NCBI GenBank assembly: GCA_965226795.1
Contig: CBDDDZ010000003.1
Span: 160,001 to 224,000, forward strand
Reading direction: 5' to 3'
Length of the DNA: 64,000 nucleotides
DNA from: Candidatus Latescibacterota bacterium
GTDB lineage: Bacteria > Latescibacterota > UBA2968 > GCA-2709665
Both the position numbers and the translations under genes were made by a program. The notes beneath the pieces were generated by a model. The model did no database searches. It saw only the letters and a program-made list of their open reading frames with translations, and had not been told where the DNA came from. Shown here in pieces: positions 29,973-41,576 of the stretch (position 1 is the first letter of the stretch; each line of letters begins with the position of its first letter).

Positions 29973-30470
29973 ATGTTGCTAAATGTCGATGAAGGTCTGA
30001 TAATCTGGACCATTATTACCTTCATCTTACTCCTGCTTGTTCTCAGGGCGGTTGCCTGGAAACCGCTGCTGGCCATGCTGGACGAGCGCGAAGGGCGTAT
30101 TCGGGATTCTCTGAACCAGGCCGAGAAGGCCCGCCAGGAAGCCCAGAATGCGGCCGAGGAAAACCGGCGCGCAATGGAGCATGCCCAGGCCGAGGCCCGG
30201 CAGGCGATTGCGGCAGGCCGTGAGGCGGCCGAGCGCGCGGCGCAGGAAGTGCGTGAACGCGCGGCGGACGAAGCCCGGCAGATGCTGCAGCAGGCACGGC
30301 GAACGATTCGGCAGGAGAAGGAGCAGGCGATCCAGGAGTTGCGATCGTACGCTGCGGGTCTGGCCATCGAAGCCGCCGGCAAGGTGTTGGACGAAAACCT
30401 GGACAATGCCAGAAACCGGAAGCTGGTTGACGAGTTTATCGACAGCATTCCAGATACAAACCAGAACTGA
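29973..30470 (+). CDS. atpF: F0 subunit b
   Basis: N-terminal TM, WKPLLAMLDERE, Ala/Glu-rich coiled coil. Confidence 0.95.
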   Translation: MLLNVDEGLIIWTIITFILLLLVLRAVAWKPLLAMLDEREGRIRDSLNQAEKARQEAQNAAEENRRAMEHAQAEARQAIAAGREAAERAAQEVRERAADEARQMLQQARRTIRQEKEQAIQELRSYAAGLAIEAAGKVLDENLDNARNRKLVDEFIDSIPDTNQN

Positions 30471-30485
30471 TTTCCGGAGCGAAGC

Positions 30486-31031
30486 TTGAACGAAACCCCC
30501 GTCGCAATGCGTTATGCCAGGGCGCTCATTCAGGCGGCCGAAGAGCGAGCCGCGCTGGACCGGGTCCGCGACGATCTGGAGGGCCTTCTGAACCTGATCG
30601 GGGAATCGGAAGACCTGCGCGCCTTTCTGAACGACCCGCTTATCTACCCCGAACAGAAGCGGACGGCCGTCCGGAGGCTTTTTACGGGCCGGATCGTGGA
30701 TCTCACGCTGAATTTCCTTCTGCTTTTGTGCGATAAACGGCGCGAGCGTGGGCTCGACGGTATCATTCGAGCGTTTCTGATGCTCCTGGACGAACGGCGG
30801 GGCCTCATCACCGCATACGTGCGTTCGGCTCAGGAACTCTCGCAGGATCAACGCACGCGGCTTGCACAGCGGCTGTCGGCCTATTCCGGGAAGCAGGTCC
30901 GGCTGGACGTCGAAGTCGACGAGGGACTCAGAGCGGGCTTTGTGACCAGGATGGGCGACCACGTGTTCGACGCAACCCTTGAGGCGCAGTTGAACCGGAT
31001 GCGCCAGAGGCTGGTTTCGGGTTTATCATAA
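30486..31031 (+). CDS. atpH: F1 subunit delta
   Basis: VAMRYARAL, NFLLLLCDKRR, operon position. Confidence 0.94.
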   Translation: MNETPVAMRYARALIQAAEERAALDRVRDDLEGLLNLIGESEDLRAFLNDPLIYPEQKRTAVRRLFTGRIVDLTLNFLLLLCDKRRERGLDGIIRAFLMLLDERRGLITAYVRSAQELSQDQRTRLAQRLSAYSGKQVRLDVEVDEGLRAGFVTRMGDHVFDATLEAQLNRMRQRLVSGLS

Positions 31032-31048
31032 CCGAGGTGTAGACACTT

Positions 31049-32569
31049 ATGGCGATGAACTTACAGATTCGTCCCGATGAAGTCTCCGATATTCTCAAGC
31101 AACAGATTCTGGAGGCCGATCGGGATATTGACGTTTACGAAACCGGAACCGTGCTGCAGGTGGGCGATGGCGTGGCGCGCGTTCATGGGCTGGGCAACGC
31201 GCAGGCCAGCGAACTGGTGGCGTTCCCCAATGACATCATGGGCATGGCATTCAACCTGGAAGAGGACAATGTCGGCTGCGTCCTCTTCGGGGACGACACG
31301 GCAATTAAGGAAGGCGACCAGGTCAGGCGGACCGGACGCGTCGTCGAAGTACCCGTGGGAGACGAATTGCTGGGCCGGGTGGTGACGCCTCTCGGCGAGC
31401 CGCTGGATGGAAAGGGACCGATTCGCACCTCGCAGACGTTGCCCGTGGAACGAATCGCGCCGGGGGTGATCCAGCGCCAGCCGGTAAAACAGGCACTACA
31501 GACGGGAATCAAGGTGGTGGATGCCGCAACGCCGATCGGGCGCGGACAGCGGGAGTTGATCATCGGCGACCGGCAGACCGGGAAGACGGCCATCGGACTG
31601 GATGCAATCATCAACCAGAAGGACAGCGGCGTCAAATGTATCTATGTGGGCATCGGCCAGAAGGCGTCGTCGGTGGCCAAGGTGGTTGCCGAACTCGAGG
31701 CAAACGGCGCCCTGGCATATACAATCGTGGTATCGGCCACGGCCAGCGATCCGGCGCCGCTCCAGTTCCTCGCCCCCTATGCCGGATGTTCAATGGGCGA
31801 GTACTTCCGCGACAAGGGCGAACACGCACTGATCGTGTACGACGATCTCTCCAAGCAGGCGTGGGCATACAGGGAAATGGCCCTGGTCCTGCGCCGGCCG
31901 CCGGGGCGGGAAGCCTATCCCGGCGACGTATTCTACCTGCACTCGCGTCTTCTGGAACGTGCATGCAAATTAAGCGACGACGAGGGCGCAGGCTCTCTCA
32001 CGGCATTGCCCATCATCGAGATCCTGGAGGGGGACGTATCCACGTTCGTGCCGACCAACGTGATTTCGATCACGGACGGGCAGATTCTGTTGAAGCCGGA
32101 GTTGTTCTATTCCGGCATCCGGCCGGCAATGGACGTCGGCGCTTCCGTTTCCAGGGTCAGTTCGGCCAAAACCCGTGCAATGAGGGCGGTTTCCGGCACG
32201 TTGAGCGGCGATATCGCGCGATACAACGAAGTTCAGGCCTTTGCTCAATTCGGGGCGTCGGACCTGGACACGGCGACCCGCAACCTGCTGAACCGAGGCG
32301 AGAAACTGATCGAGATTCTCAAACAGGACCAGTACGCGCCGATGTCCCTCGGGGAACAGGTGGTGTCTCTTACCATTGGCGCGAGCATCGACGAATTACC
32401 CACGGCGGACGTAAGACGGTTTGAAGTCGAGGTGCTTGCCTATATGCGCGACCACCACCAGGACGTCGTGGACGAGATTACGGGCAGCGAAGCGTTGAGC
32501 GACGAGGCGCGGGGCGTCATCGACGCCGCCATTGAAAGCGTGAAACGCGGCTTTCAGGTGTCTTCATAG
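31049..32569 (+). CDS. atpA: F1 subunit alpha
   Basis: [31 protein letters not shown]. Confidence 0.98.
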   Translation: MAMNLQIRPDEVSDILKQQILEADRDIDVYETGTVLQVGDGVARVHGLGNAQASELVAFPNDIMGMAFNLEEDNVGCVLFGDDTAIKEGDQVRRTGRVVEVPVGDELLGRVVTPLGEPLDGKGPIRTSQTLPVERIAPGVIQRQPVKQALQTGIKVVDAATPIGRGQRELIIGDRQTGKTAIGLDAIINQKDSGVKCIYVGIGQKASSVAKVVAELEANGALAYTIVVSATASDPAPLQFLAPYAGCSMGEYFRDKGEHALIVYDDLSKQAWAYREMALVLRRPPGREAYPGDVFYLHSRLLERACKLSDDEGAGSLTALPIIEILEGDVSTFVPTNVISITDGQILLKPELFYSGIRPAMDVGASVSRVSSAKTRAMRAVSGTLSGDIARYNEVQAFAQFGASDLDTATRNLLNRGEKLIEILKQDQYAPMSLGEQVVSLTIGASIDELPTADVRRFEVEVLAYMRDHHQDVVDEITGSEALSDEARGVIDAAIESVKRGFQVSS

Positions 32570-32588
32570 GAGTACGGGGGAATAGCCG

Positions 32589-33440
32589 GTGGCAACATTG
32601 CGTCAACTCAGGAACCGCGTGAGCGGGGTCAAGAATATCCAGAAGGTGACCCACGCCATGCAGTTGGTTGCCGCGGCCAGGGTGCGGAAAGCCCAAGACG
32701 CCATTCTTGCTGCCAGGCCCTATGCCGAACAGCTGGACCGCATTCTCCGGCGGCTTACCGAGAACATCGACGCGGATCGGCACCCGCTGTTCCGCCATGG
32801 GGAGTCCGGCCGGATCACGGTCGCCATGGTGACGGCGGACCGCGGTCTGTGTGGCGGCTTTAACGCAGGAATCTGCCGTAAGGTGCTTTCGGAACTGGAT
32901 GATCATCGTGAAGTCGAACTGGTCGCTATCGGCAGGAAGGGGCGCGATTTCTTTCGTAAACGCGGAAAAACGATCAGCCGGGAATACCTCGACGTGTTTG
33001 CAGATCTGAATCTCGGCCGGGCGGTCGCCATCGCGCGCGACCTGACGGGTCGGTTTATGTCCGGCGACGTGGATCAGGTGTGGATTGCCAACAATGAGTT
33101 CGTCTCCCTCGGACGCCAGGAGCCTGTGATAAACCTGCTTCTGCCGATTGTGCCCCGGGAGACCGGCGAAGAGCATCCTTCGGGCGAGTACATTTTCGAG
33201 CCTGAACCCGGGCAGTTGCTGGATTCGCTGGTGCCCCGGCACGTGAACTTCCAGGTCTGGCGCGCTCTGCTGGAGTCCAATGCCGGAGAACAGGCAGCCC
33301 GTATGACGGCGATGGACAACGCGACCAGGAATGCCGGAGACCTGCTTGAAGAATTGACGCGCGAAATGAACAAAGAGCGCCAGTCTTCAATTACACTGGA
33401 GTTGATGGATATTATCGGCGGTGCAGAGGCGGTGGCGTAG
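32589..33440 (+). CDS. atpG: F1 subunit gamma
   Basis: KVTHAMQLVAAA, DRGLCGGFN, ARMTAMDNAT, RQSSITLEL. Confidence 0.97.
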   Translation: MATLRQLRNRVSGVKNIQKVTHAMQLVAAARVRKAQDAILAARPYAEQLDRILRRLTENIDADRHPLFRHGESGRITVAMVTADRGLCGGFNAGICRKVLSELDDHREVELVAIGRKGRDFFRKRGKTISREYLDVFADLNLGRAVAIARDLTGRFMSGDVDQVWIANNEFVSLGRQEPVINLLLPIVPRETGEEHPSGEYIFEPEPGQLLDSLVPRHVNFQVWRALLESNAGEQAARMTAMDNATRNAGDLLEELTREMNKERQSSITLELMDIIGGAEAVA

Positions 33441-34871
<1,431 letters not shown>

Positions 34872-34896
34872 TATCCGAACTTCGTGCGGGAATGCG

Positions 34897-35301
34897 ATGC
34901 CGACGTTTCAGCTTGAGATCGTAACACCGGAAAAGACGGTCTACTCGGGCGAAGTGGAAAGCCTGCGGGCGCCGGGAACCGAAGGCGGCTTTGGCGTACT
35001 CGCCGGGCACCATCCGATGCTGGCCTCTCTGGGCATCGGACAGATGGTCTTTTCCGAACAGGAGCAGGCGCCAAAGTCCGTCGCGATCAGTGGGGGGTTC
35101 GCGGAAGTCCAGCGCGACCGCGTCACCGTGCTGGCGGAGACGGCGGAACTCGCGCAGGGAATTGACGTGACGCGCGCGGAAGCCGCCAGAGACCGCGCGC
35201 AGGAAAGGCTGGCGCGAAAACGAGATCAACAGATCGACGAAGCTCGGGCGAGCTTGGCCCTGGCGCGGGCGATCAACCGGCTGCGGCTCGGGGACCAATA
35301 A
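34897..35301 (+). CDS. atpC: F1 subunit epsilon
   Basis: LEIVTPE, GVLAGH, ISGGFAEV, C-terminal helices. Confidence 0.96.
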   Translation: MPTFQLEIVTPEKTVYSGEVESLRAPGTEGGFGVLAGHHPMLASLGIGQMVFSEQEQAPKSVAISGGFAEVQRDRVTVLAETAELAQGIDVTRAEAARDRAQERLARKRDQQIDEARASLALARAINRLRLGDQ

Positions 35302-35341
35302 AGCGAACCGGGCAACTTGGCCACGGCGGCCGATACCGTAT

Positions 35342-35371
35342 GGGTGGGTTCTGAAACCCGCCCGTTTTTTT
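35342..35371 (+). terminator. Intrinsic terminator after atpC
   Basis: Stem GGGTGGGTT/AACCCGCCC followed by a T-run. Confidence 0.75.
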
Positions 35372-35506
35372 ATGACATTTTACCCGTACCAATCACTTCC
35401 CGCTGACGGGCTGGTCGGATAAACACGGAAAAAAACCCCACACCACAGGGCGAGCGAAATGAAAATTCGTGAAGCCGCAGGCTATTCCGCTCCGCGATTC
35501 GGTTTT

Positions 35507-35531
35507 GTAGGGGCAACTTTCAAAGTTACCC
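35507..35531 (+). repeat. GTAG-type REP-like palindrome
   Basis: GTAG + GGGCAACTT..AAGTTACCC hairpin; shares GTAGGGGCAACT with 49006-49030. Confidence 0.6.
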
Positions 35532-35677
35532 GCGTTTTGGCGTGGTTTTCGCGGATAGACTTCGCGTTGCCTTATCGTCAGCCGGTTTTGGCTGAATACT
35601 GATAGCTAACGGGTGGGACGCGGGGTGGCCTTCTTCCTTCTCCCGTCTCACCTCTCACTGCTTTTAGGGGCTTCAAT

Positions 35678-36430
35678 ATGTCCAATTCCACAATTGATCT
35701 CCTGCTCTCACACCGGAGCATTCGCAGGTTCGAGAATCGGCCGCTTCCCGATGGCGTCCTCGAAACACTGATCCGGTGCGGACAGCAGGCGAGCACGTCC
35801 AGCAATCTGCAGGCTTACACCGTCGTTCACGTGGCGGATCCACAGCGGAAAAAGAGACTGGCCGAACTGTGCGCCGATCAGGCGCAGATACACCAGAGCG
35901 CGGCGTTTCTGGCCTTCTGCGCGGATTTGCACCGGGACCGGCTGGCCAACAGGATGCACGGGGCACAGCGGTTCGACGGGGACTATGCGGAGGCGTTGAT
36001 GATCGCGACCGTGGACGTGGCGCTGATGATGCAGAACGTGGCCATCGCCGCGGAGTCTTTGGGATTGGGCATCTGCATGATCGGCGCGATGCGTAACAAT
36101 CCGAAATCGGTGGGCAAGTTGCTGGACCTGCCCCCGTATGTCGTTGCCGTGGCTGGCTTTTGCATCGGGTATCCGGCGCAGGCCCCGGAAGTCAAACCGC
36201 GATTGCCTCTGGATGCGGTCCTGCATCGCGAACGGTATCTCTGCGACGAGACGCATCGATTGGCGATGGAGGAATACGACAGAAACATGGTCGACTTCTA
36301 TACCTCGCAGGGGATGCACGAGGGCGACCAGCGATGGACAACGGTTATGGCGGGGCGCACCGGGCAGTTTCACGCCCGCGCCGAACTGGATGAATTCCTT
36401 ACAGCCCAGGGATTTCAGCTGCGCCGTTGA
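35678..36430 (+). CDS. NfsA/FRP-like NADPH-dependent nitroreductase
   Basis: HRSIRRF, ASTSSNLQ, AESLGLGICMIG, KPRLP. Confidence 0.9.
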   Translation: MSNSTIDLLLSHRSIRRFENRPLPDGVLETLIRCGQQASTSSNLQAYTVVHVADPQRKKRLAELCADQAQIHQSAAFLAFCADLHRDRLANRMHGAQRFDGDYAEALMIATVDVALMMQNVAIAAESLGLGICMIGAMRNNPKSVGKLLDLPPYVVAVAGFCIGYPAQAPEVKPRLPLDAVLHRERYLCDETHRLAMEEYDRNMVDFYTSQGMHEGDQRWTTVMAGRTGQFHARAELDEFLTAQGFQLRR

Positions 36431-36454
36431 ACCGCCGTCCGATCCGCCTAACCC

Positions 36455-36483
36455 TTGACGTTCTCCACGTCATTGTGTATACA
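36455..36483 (+). promoter_or_regulatory. Putative sigma70 promoter of the type III R-M locus
   Basis: TTGACG-N17-TATACA upstream of mod. Confidence 0.5.
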
Positions 36484-36518
36484 TTGGGAAGCCCTACTTG
36501 CTGCGAGGAACGTCATCC

Positions 36519-39500
36519 ATGAGCACATCGATCGAAAAATTCCAGGATCTTCTGCGAGAGTTATTCCAATTCGACTGTGCCGACCTCGACTTTGGCATCT
36601 ACCGCATTATGAATCACAAGCGGGACGTTATCGAGCGGTTTATTGTAGAGAATCTGCCCAATGCCGTCGCTGAAGAATTAGACACAGGCGTGGCCGCCGA
36701 GCAAGCGGAGGCCGAGAAAAAACTCCAAGAAATCCGAAAACAGATTTGGGAATCCTTCGGCCACGCCGCCATCGATGCTGACGGAAACCTTGCGGAGATG
36801 TTTCACAACACGCCCCTCGGAAAGAGCTACTTTGAGTTAATGGCGAAATCTGCAGGCGGCCAGGGTCAGGAAGCGCTTGAAGCGACGATCTTCAATCATC
36901 TATACGCTTTCTTTAGCCGTTACTACCAGGACGGCGATTTCATTTCCAAACGCCGTTATTCAAAGCGTCATCGTTATGCCATTCCTTATAACGGCGAAGA
37001 GGTCCACCTCCATTGGGCAAACAGAGATCAATACTATGTGAAGACTGGCGAACACTTCCAGGACTATACCTTTAGGTCGCGCGGCATCGCAGTGCATTTC
37101 AAGCTTCGCGCGGCCGAGGTCGAAAAGGACAACGTCAAGAGCGACAGGCGGTTTTTCGTACCGTATGCCGAATCTATCTCCTATGATGAAACGGTCCGCC
37201 GCCTCGAAATCCCCTTTGAATACCGGGCACTTACTAAGCAGGAAGAAAACTCCTATGGCAAGAACAAACAACAGGAAAATATAATTGCCAAAGCGGTAAA
37301 TGAGATTTCCGATCGGCTTAATCATCTCCCTGACGCATTGGCCGCGGTGATCGCCGAGAAATCCAACAATGGAAAAGGAGAATCGATCACCGTTCTCAAA
37401 CACCACATGTGCCAGTATACCCGGCGCAACACCTCCGATTTCTTCATCCACAAAGACCTGAAGGGCTTCCTGACTCGTGAACTCGATTTCTACCTTAAGA
37501 ACGAAGTGTTGAGCCTCGACGAAATGGAAGCGGCAGGCGAGGAACGATCCGAGGGCTGGTTTCAGACAATGCGGACGATTCGCTCGGTCGGAGGCCGAAT
37601 CATCGACTTCCTCGACCAGATCGAAAACTTTCAGAGAATGCTTTGGAAAAAGCGCAAATTCGTTACTGAGACGCAATATTGCATTACGGTTAAGCACGTC
37701 AATGAAGTCTTTTTCGAAGAAATCGCCCTGTGTGACGCGCAATGGCTTGAGTGGCGAGAATTGTTCGGCATTGACGAAGATCAAGTCGACCTCTTCAACG
37801 CCGACATGGACAGGACAAACAAACGTGTCGAGTTCTTGAGGTTAACTCCAACTCTCGTGATTGACACCAAACACTTCGAACTAGACTTCGTGGATCGGAT
37901 CTTGGGCAGTTATGACGATGTGGATGGCACAACCGACGGATTACTAATTCATAGTGAAAACTGGCAAGCACTTAATTTTCTTTCCGAACAGAACCGCCAT
38001 GCGGTGAAATGCGTATATATAGATCCGCCATTCAATACCGCTGCATCCGAAATCCTCTACAAAAACAACTACAAACATTCTTCATGGCTTTCGCTCATGA
38101 ATGACAGGCTCGCTATCGCCGTGGAGATGCTGAATTCCCAAGGATTCTTGTGTGTGGCAATCGACGACTCTGAATACCATCGTCTACGTGACGCTTTGTC
38201 GACCGTCATTGGAACGGGTACAGTATTGAGTACCGCGATTATTCGTAGTAATCCCGCAGGCCGTTCGACTCTCACGGGCTTTTCCGTCGCACACGAATAT
38301 GCAATATTCGCCGCGAACACAAACGCTACGGTTGTCGGCCGTTTACCAAAGTCCGAAGAACAAAAGGCGAGATATAAAGAAAGGGATGTTACCGGACCAT
38401 TCGAGCTAGTCAATTTCAGAAAGCACGGCGGTTTCAACGCTAATCGATTTGCACGACCCAGACTATTCTATCCGATTTTCGCTAGTGTAGCAGGCGCGGT
38501 TCGAATTCCATCATTGGATTGGAACAACGAAAAAGGTAAATGGGAGTCTTCGACCGAAGTGTTAAATGGAGAGGAAGTCATCTACCCCATAAATGCAAAG
38601 GGTGAAGAGAAGACGTGGAAATGGGGACACGAGACGGCTATCAGGAAAATCTCCGATCTCACGGCCAGACCGGATCTAACCGGAAAGTTAGGCATCTATA
38701 TGAAGTCACGAATGAGTGAGGGGACTTTACCGTCAACTCTATGGACTGATAAGAAATATTCCGCAACCGACTACGGCACCAATCTGCTTGCCCACATCTT
38801 GGGTTCGTCCGATGCCTTTTCATTTCCTAAATCAGTCTACACTGTTGAAGATTGTCTACGGGTTTGTCAGTTGAACGATGCGGACTATTGTGTCGATTTT
38901 TTCGCTGGCTCCGGTACATCTGGCCATGCTGTCATCAACCTTAACCGGGAAGACGGTGGCCAACGCAAGTTCATCCTCGTTGAAATGGCCAAGTATTTTG
39001 ATTCCGTATTACTACCCCGCATGAAAAAGGTCACGTTTGCACCCGAATGGAAGGATGGCAAACCCAAGTGTGCCGCAACTCCCCAAGACGTCGAACGGAG
39101 CCCACGTATTGTCAAGTATATGCGCCTTGAAAGCTATGAAGACGCGCTAAACAACATCGACTTCGAAGAGGCTTCTGCTCAGCAGACGTTGCCATTCCAC
39201 GAATACCTGCTCAAATACATGCTAAAATGGGAAACCAGGCGTAGCGAAACGTTGCTAAACGTAGAGAAGCTCTCGAAGCCATTCTCCTATCTACTGAACA
39301 TCCACTCCGATGGCCAGACGCGGCAGAAAATTGCCGACATCCCGGAGACCTTCAACTACCTGATCGGACTGCACGTTCAGACGCGGCACGTCCATTACGA
39401 CGACGACCGGCGATACCTTGTCTATCGCGGCCAGATTGACGAGCGTCGGGTTGCCGTCATCTGGCGAGAAACGGAGAATTGGCAGAAGGCGGACTTTGAG

Positions 39501-39641
39501 CGGGACAGAGATTTCGTTGGCAAGCAGAAATTGACTGAGGACGCAGACGATGTATACGTTAACGGCGACTCGTTTATACGTGAGGCGAAAGCTCTGGAGC
39601 CCTTGTTCAAGCGACGGATGTTTGCAGGAACGGTGAAATAG
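36519..39641 (+). CDS. mod: Type III R-M DNA methyltransferase (long Mod form)
   Basis: Catalytic YIDPPFNT precedes SAM-binding DFFAGSGT (beta order); N-terminal DLDFGIYRIMN and DFISKRRY; LESYEDALNN. Confidence 0.92.
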   Translation: MSTSIEKFQDLLRELFQFDCADLDFGIYRIMNHKRDVIERFIVENLPNAVAEELDTGVAAEQAEAEKKLQEIRKQIWESFGHAAIDADGNLAEMFHNTPLGKSYFELMAKSAGGQGQEALEATIFNHLYAFFSRYYQDGDFISKRRYSKRHRYAIPYNGEEVHLHWANRDQYYVKTGEHFQDYTFRSRGIAVHFKLRAAEVEKDNVKSDRRFFVPYAESISYDETVRRLEIPFEYRALTKQEENSYGKNKQQENIIAKAVNEISDRLNHLPDALAAVIAEKSNNGKGESITVLKHHMCQYTRRNTSDFFIHKDLKGFLTRELDFYLKNEVLSLDEMEAAGEERSEGWFQTMRTIRSVGGRIIDFLDQIENFQRMLWKKRKFVTETQYCITVKHVNEVFFEEIALCDAQWLEWRELFGIDEDQVDLFNADMDRTNKRVEFLRLTPTLVIDTKHFELDFVDRILGSYDDVDGTTDGLLIHSENWQALNFLSEQNRHAVKCVYIDPPFNTAASEILYKNNYKHSSWLSLMNDRLAIAVEMLNSQGFLCVAIDDSEYHRLRDALSTVIGTGTVLSTAIIRSNPAGRSTLTGFSVAHEYAIFAANTNATVVGRLPKSEEQKARYKERDVTGPFELVNFRKHGGFNANRFARPRLFYPIFASVAGAVRIPSLDWNNEKGKWESSTEVLNGEEVIYPINAKGEEKTWKWGHETAIRKISDLTARPDLTGKLGIYMKSRMSEGTLPSTLWTDKKYSATDYGTNLLAHILGSSDAFSFPKSVYTVEDCLRVCQLNDADYCVDFFAGSGTSGHAVINLNREDGGQRKFILVEMAKYFDSVLLPRMKKVTFAPEWKDGKPKCAATPQDVERSPRIVKYMRLESYEDALNNIDFEEASAQQTLPFHEYLLKYMLKWETRRSETLLNVEKLSKPFSYLLNIHSDGQTRQKIADIPETFNYLIGLHVQTRHVHYDDDRRYLVYRGQIDERRVAVIWRETENWQKADFERDRDFVGKQKLTEDADDVYVNGDSFIREAKALEPLFKRRMFAGTVK

Positions 39642-41159
39642 ATGGCACCTAAAGACTCAAAGAAACAAGGCTGGAAATTCTGGAAGCAATGGGTAGCCGT
39701 GGAACGGAAACGGGACGAAGAAACACAGGTTCCTGCGTCGGACTCGTCTACTCATTCGGCCGATCCCGCTGAGGACGAAGGTTTGACAAGAGACCAGCAT
39801 GGGCAGGAACTGGCTTTGAATCATATCAACACTCCGACCAGTTCTACGGCCATTGACGAGATTGATCGCCTGAAATTGGAATTAGACGCATTGCGACCTT
39901 TACCTTTCGATGTCGTGGGGCAGATAGAACAAAAACTCAGAATCGAGTCGAACTATCACTCCAATGCCATAGAAGGCAACAGCCTGACCCTTGGGGAAAC
40001 GAGAAGCCTGATCCTCCACGGACTCACCGCGCATGGAAAGACGATGCGGGACCATCTGGACATCGAGGGCCATGACGAGGCGGTAAAGGCAATCGAGGAT
40101 GCAGTAAAACGAAACGAATCTCTCAATGAAGTCTTCATCCGAAATCTCCATAGGATATTGTTGAAAGAGCCCTACGAAATTGACGCAATTACGCCGGATG
40201 GACAGCCCACGAGGCGACTCATTACCATTGGACAATACAAAACCCAACCAAACAACGTGGAGACCTCAACCGGCGAGATTTACTACTACACCCCGCCCGA
40301 TCAGGTAAAGCCGGAGATGACCGATCTTATTGACTGGTATAGAAAGACCGAGAACGTGGGCGAACACCCCATCGTCATAGCCGCAACGTTTCACTACCGC
40401 TTTGTGCGGATTCATCCTTTTGACGATGGAAACGGACGCATTGCGCGGCTACTGATGAATCTGATTCTCATCAAACACGGCTACACGGTGGCGATCATAC
40501 CCATACAGGAACGAAACCGCTACATTGAATCACTTGAGCAGGCAGATAAGTCAGAAGACCTGGCCGAATTCATCGCGTATGTTGCCGGGTGCTGTGAATA
40601 CACCTTGGGTCTCCATCTGAAAGCTGCCCGGGGCGAGAATATTGAAGAGGCGGACGACATCGATAAAGAGATCGCACTCTTTAAGCAGTCAATTGACAGG
40701 GGTACAGGTGAGTTGATTCGAGCTAGAGAGTATGCGCGCACGGTGTTGCATCCGTTTTTTTATTATTGTAAAGATAAATGCGAGCAGTTTACCGAAATGG
40801 TCGAGAGTGCTGATGTATATAGTGGTGAATGTTCATTGAGAAATGTAGACGGCAAAGTATCAAGTCTTGATATGCCTGAGGATAAGGTTGCGGCTTGGCC
40901 GGAATACGCCGCCTTCGCCACTACATCCATAGGAATCTCTTTTAACCAATTTCAGGCCAAGCAAGATGCGGATTTTTATTTCCGAATTGAGAATGAAATT
41001 GGATCGAATGGCTCCATCTGGCGGTTTTCGTCAACTGACTTCAATTACGAAAAAGAATATGCGGGTCAAAACCTGGAGGTGCTCAAGAGGATATTTAACG
41101 AGATGATTAGACAACTTATGACGAGGCTCTCGGAGATTTCTGACAACCAGGACGGGTAG
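39642..41159 (+). CDS. Fic domain protein (class II-like) with C-terminal extension
   Basis: Canonical HPFDDGNGRIAR active site and SNAIEGN inhibitory motif. Confidence 0.92.
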   Translation: MAPKDSKKQGWKFWKQWVAVERKRDEETQVPASDSSTHSADPAEDEGLTRDQHGQELALNHINTPTSSTAIDEIDRLKLELDALRPLPFDVVGQIEQKLRIESNYHSNAIEGNSLTLGETRSLILHGLTAHGKTMRDHLDIEGHDEAVKAIEDAVKRNESLNEVFIRNLHRILLKEPYEIDAITPDGQPTRRLITIGQYKTQPNNVETSTGEIYYYTPPDQVKPEMTDLIDWYRKTENVGEHPIVIAATFHYRFVRIHPFDDGNGRIARLLMNLILIKHGYTVAIIPIQERNRYIESLEQADKSEDLAEFIAYVAGCCEYTLGLHLKAARGENIEEADDIDKEIALFKQSIDRGTGELIRAREYARTVLHPFFYYCKDKCEQFTEMVESADVYSGECSLRNVDGKVSSLDMPEDKVAAWPEYAAFATTSIGISFNQFQAKQDADFYFRIENEIGSNGSIWRFSSTDFNYEKEYAGQNLEVLKRIFNEMIRQLMTRLSEISDNQDG

Positions 41160-41187
41160 GGTTAAAGGAGAAGAGAGCAGCCGCGAC

Positions 41188-41574
41188 GTGTCATTGAGAA
41201 TTCCAGTTCGGCGGAGTACGTGTATGGTAAGATATCCGTATGCTGACCGTGCAAGCCTCGAAGATATGCGGAACCACGCAAGGGAAGCTGTTGTATTGCT
41301 CGGTACTCCAAGCCTGAACGAGTTGTCCAATAATCGGCTCCTGGAACTCGCGCAACGAAAATTGGTCGAGATTGTTGGTGAGGCGCCAATCCGTATCTCA
41401 ATTCCAACGCGACAGCGGTTCAAGGAAATTCCCTGGCCACAGACTGTTTTAATGCGCAGTCGGCTGGGTCCGAAATGCGCTGAACTGAGTCTCGAGAAAT
41501 TGTGGGACACCTTAAATAACGACCTGCCGCCGCTGATAGAAAGGCTGGAATTAATCGTAAAGGACGAACCATAG
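41188..41574 (+). pseudogene. Degenerate HepT/DUF86-like HEPN protein (start uncertain)
   Basis: LEDM..., EIVGEA, EIPW, LWDTLNNDLPPL match DUF86 architecture; RxxxxH site reads RSRLGP (His lost); no MntA partner. Confidence 0.65.
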
Positions 41575-41576
41575 AA

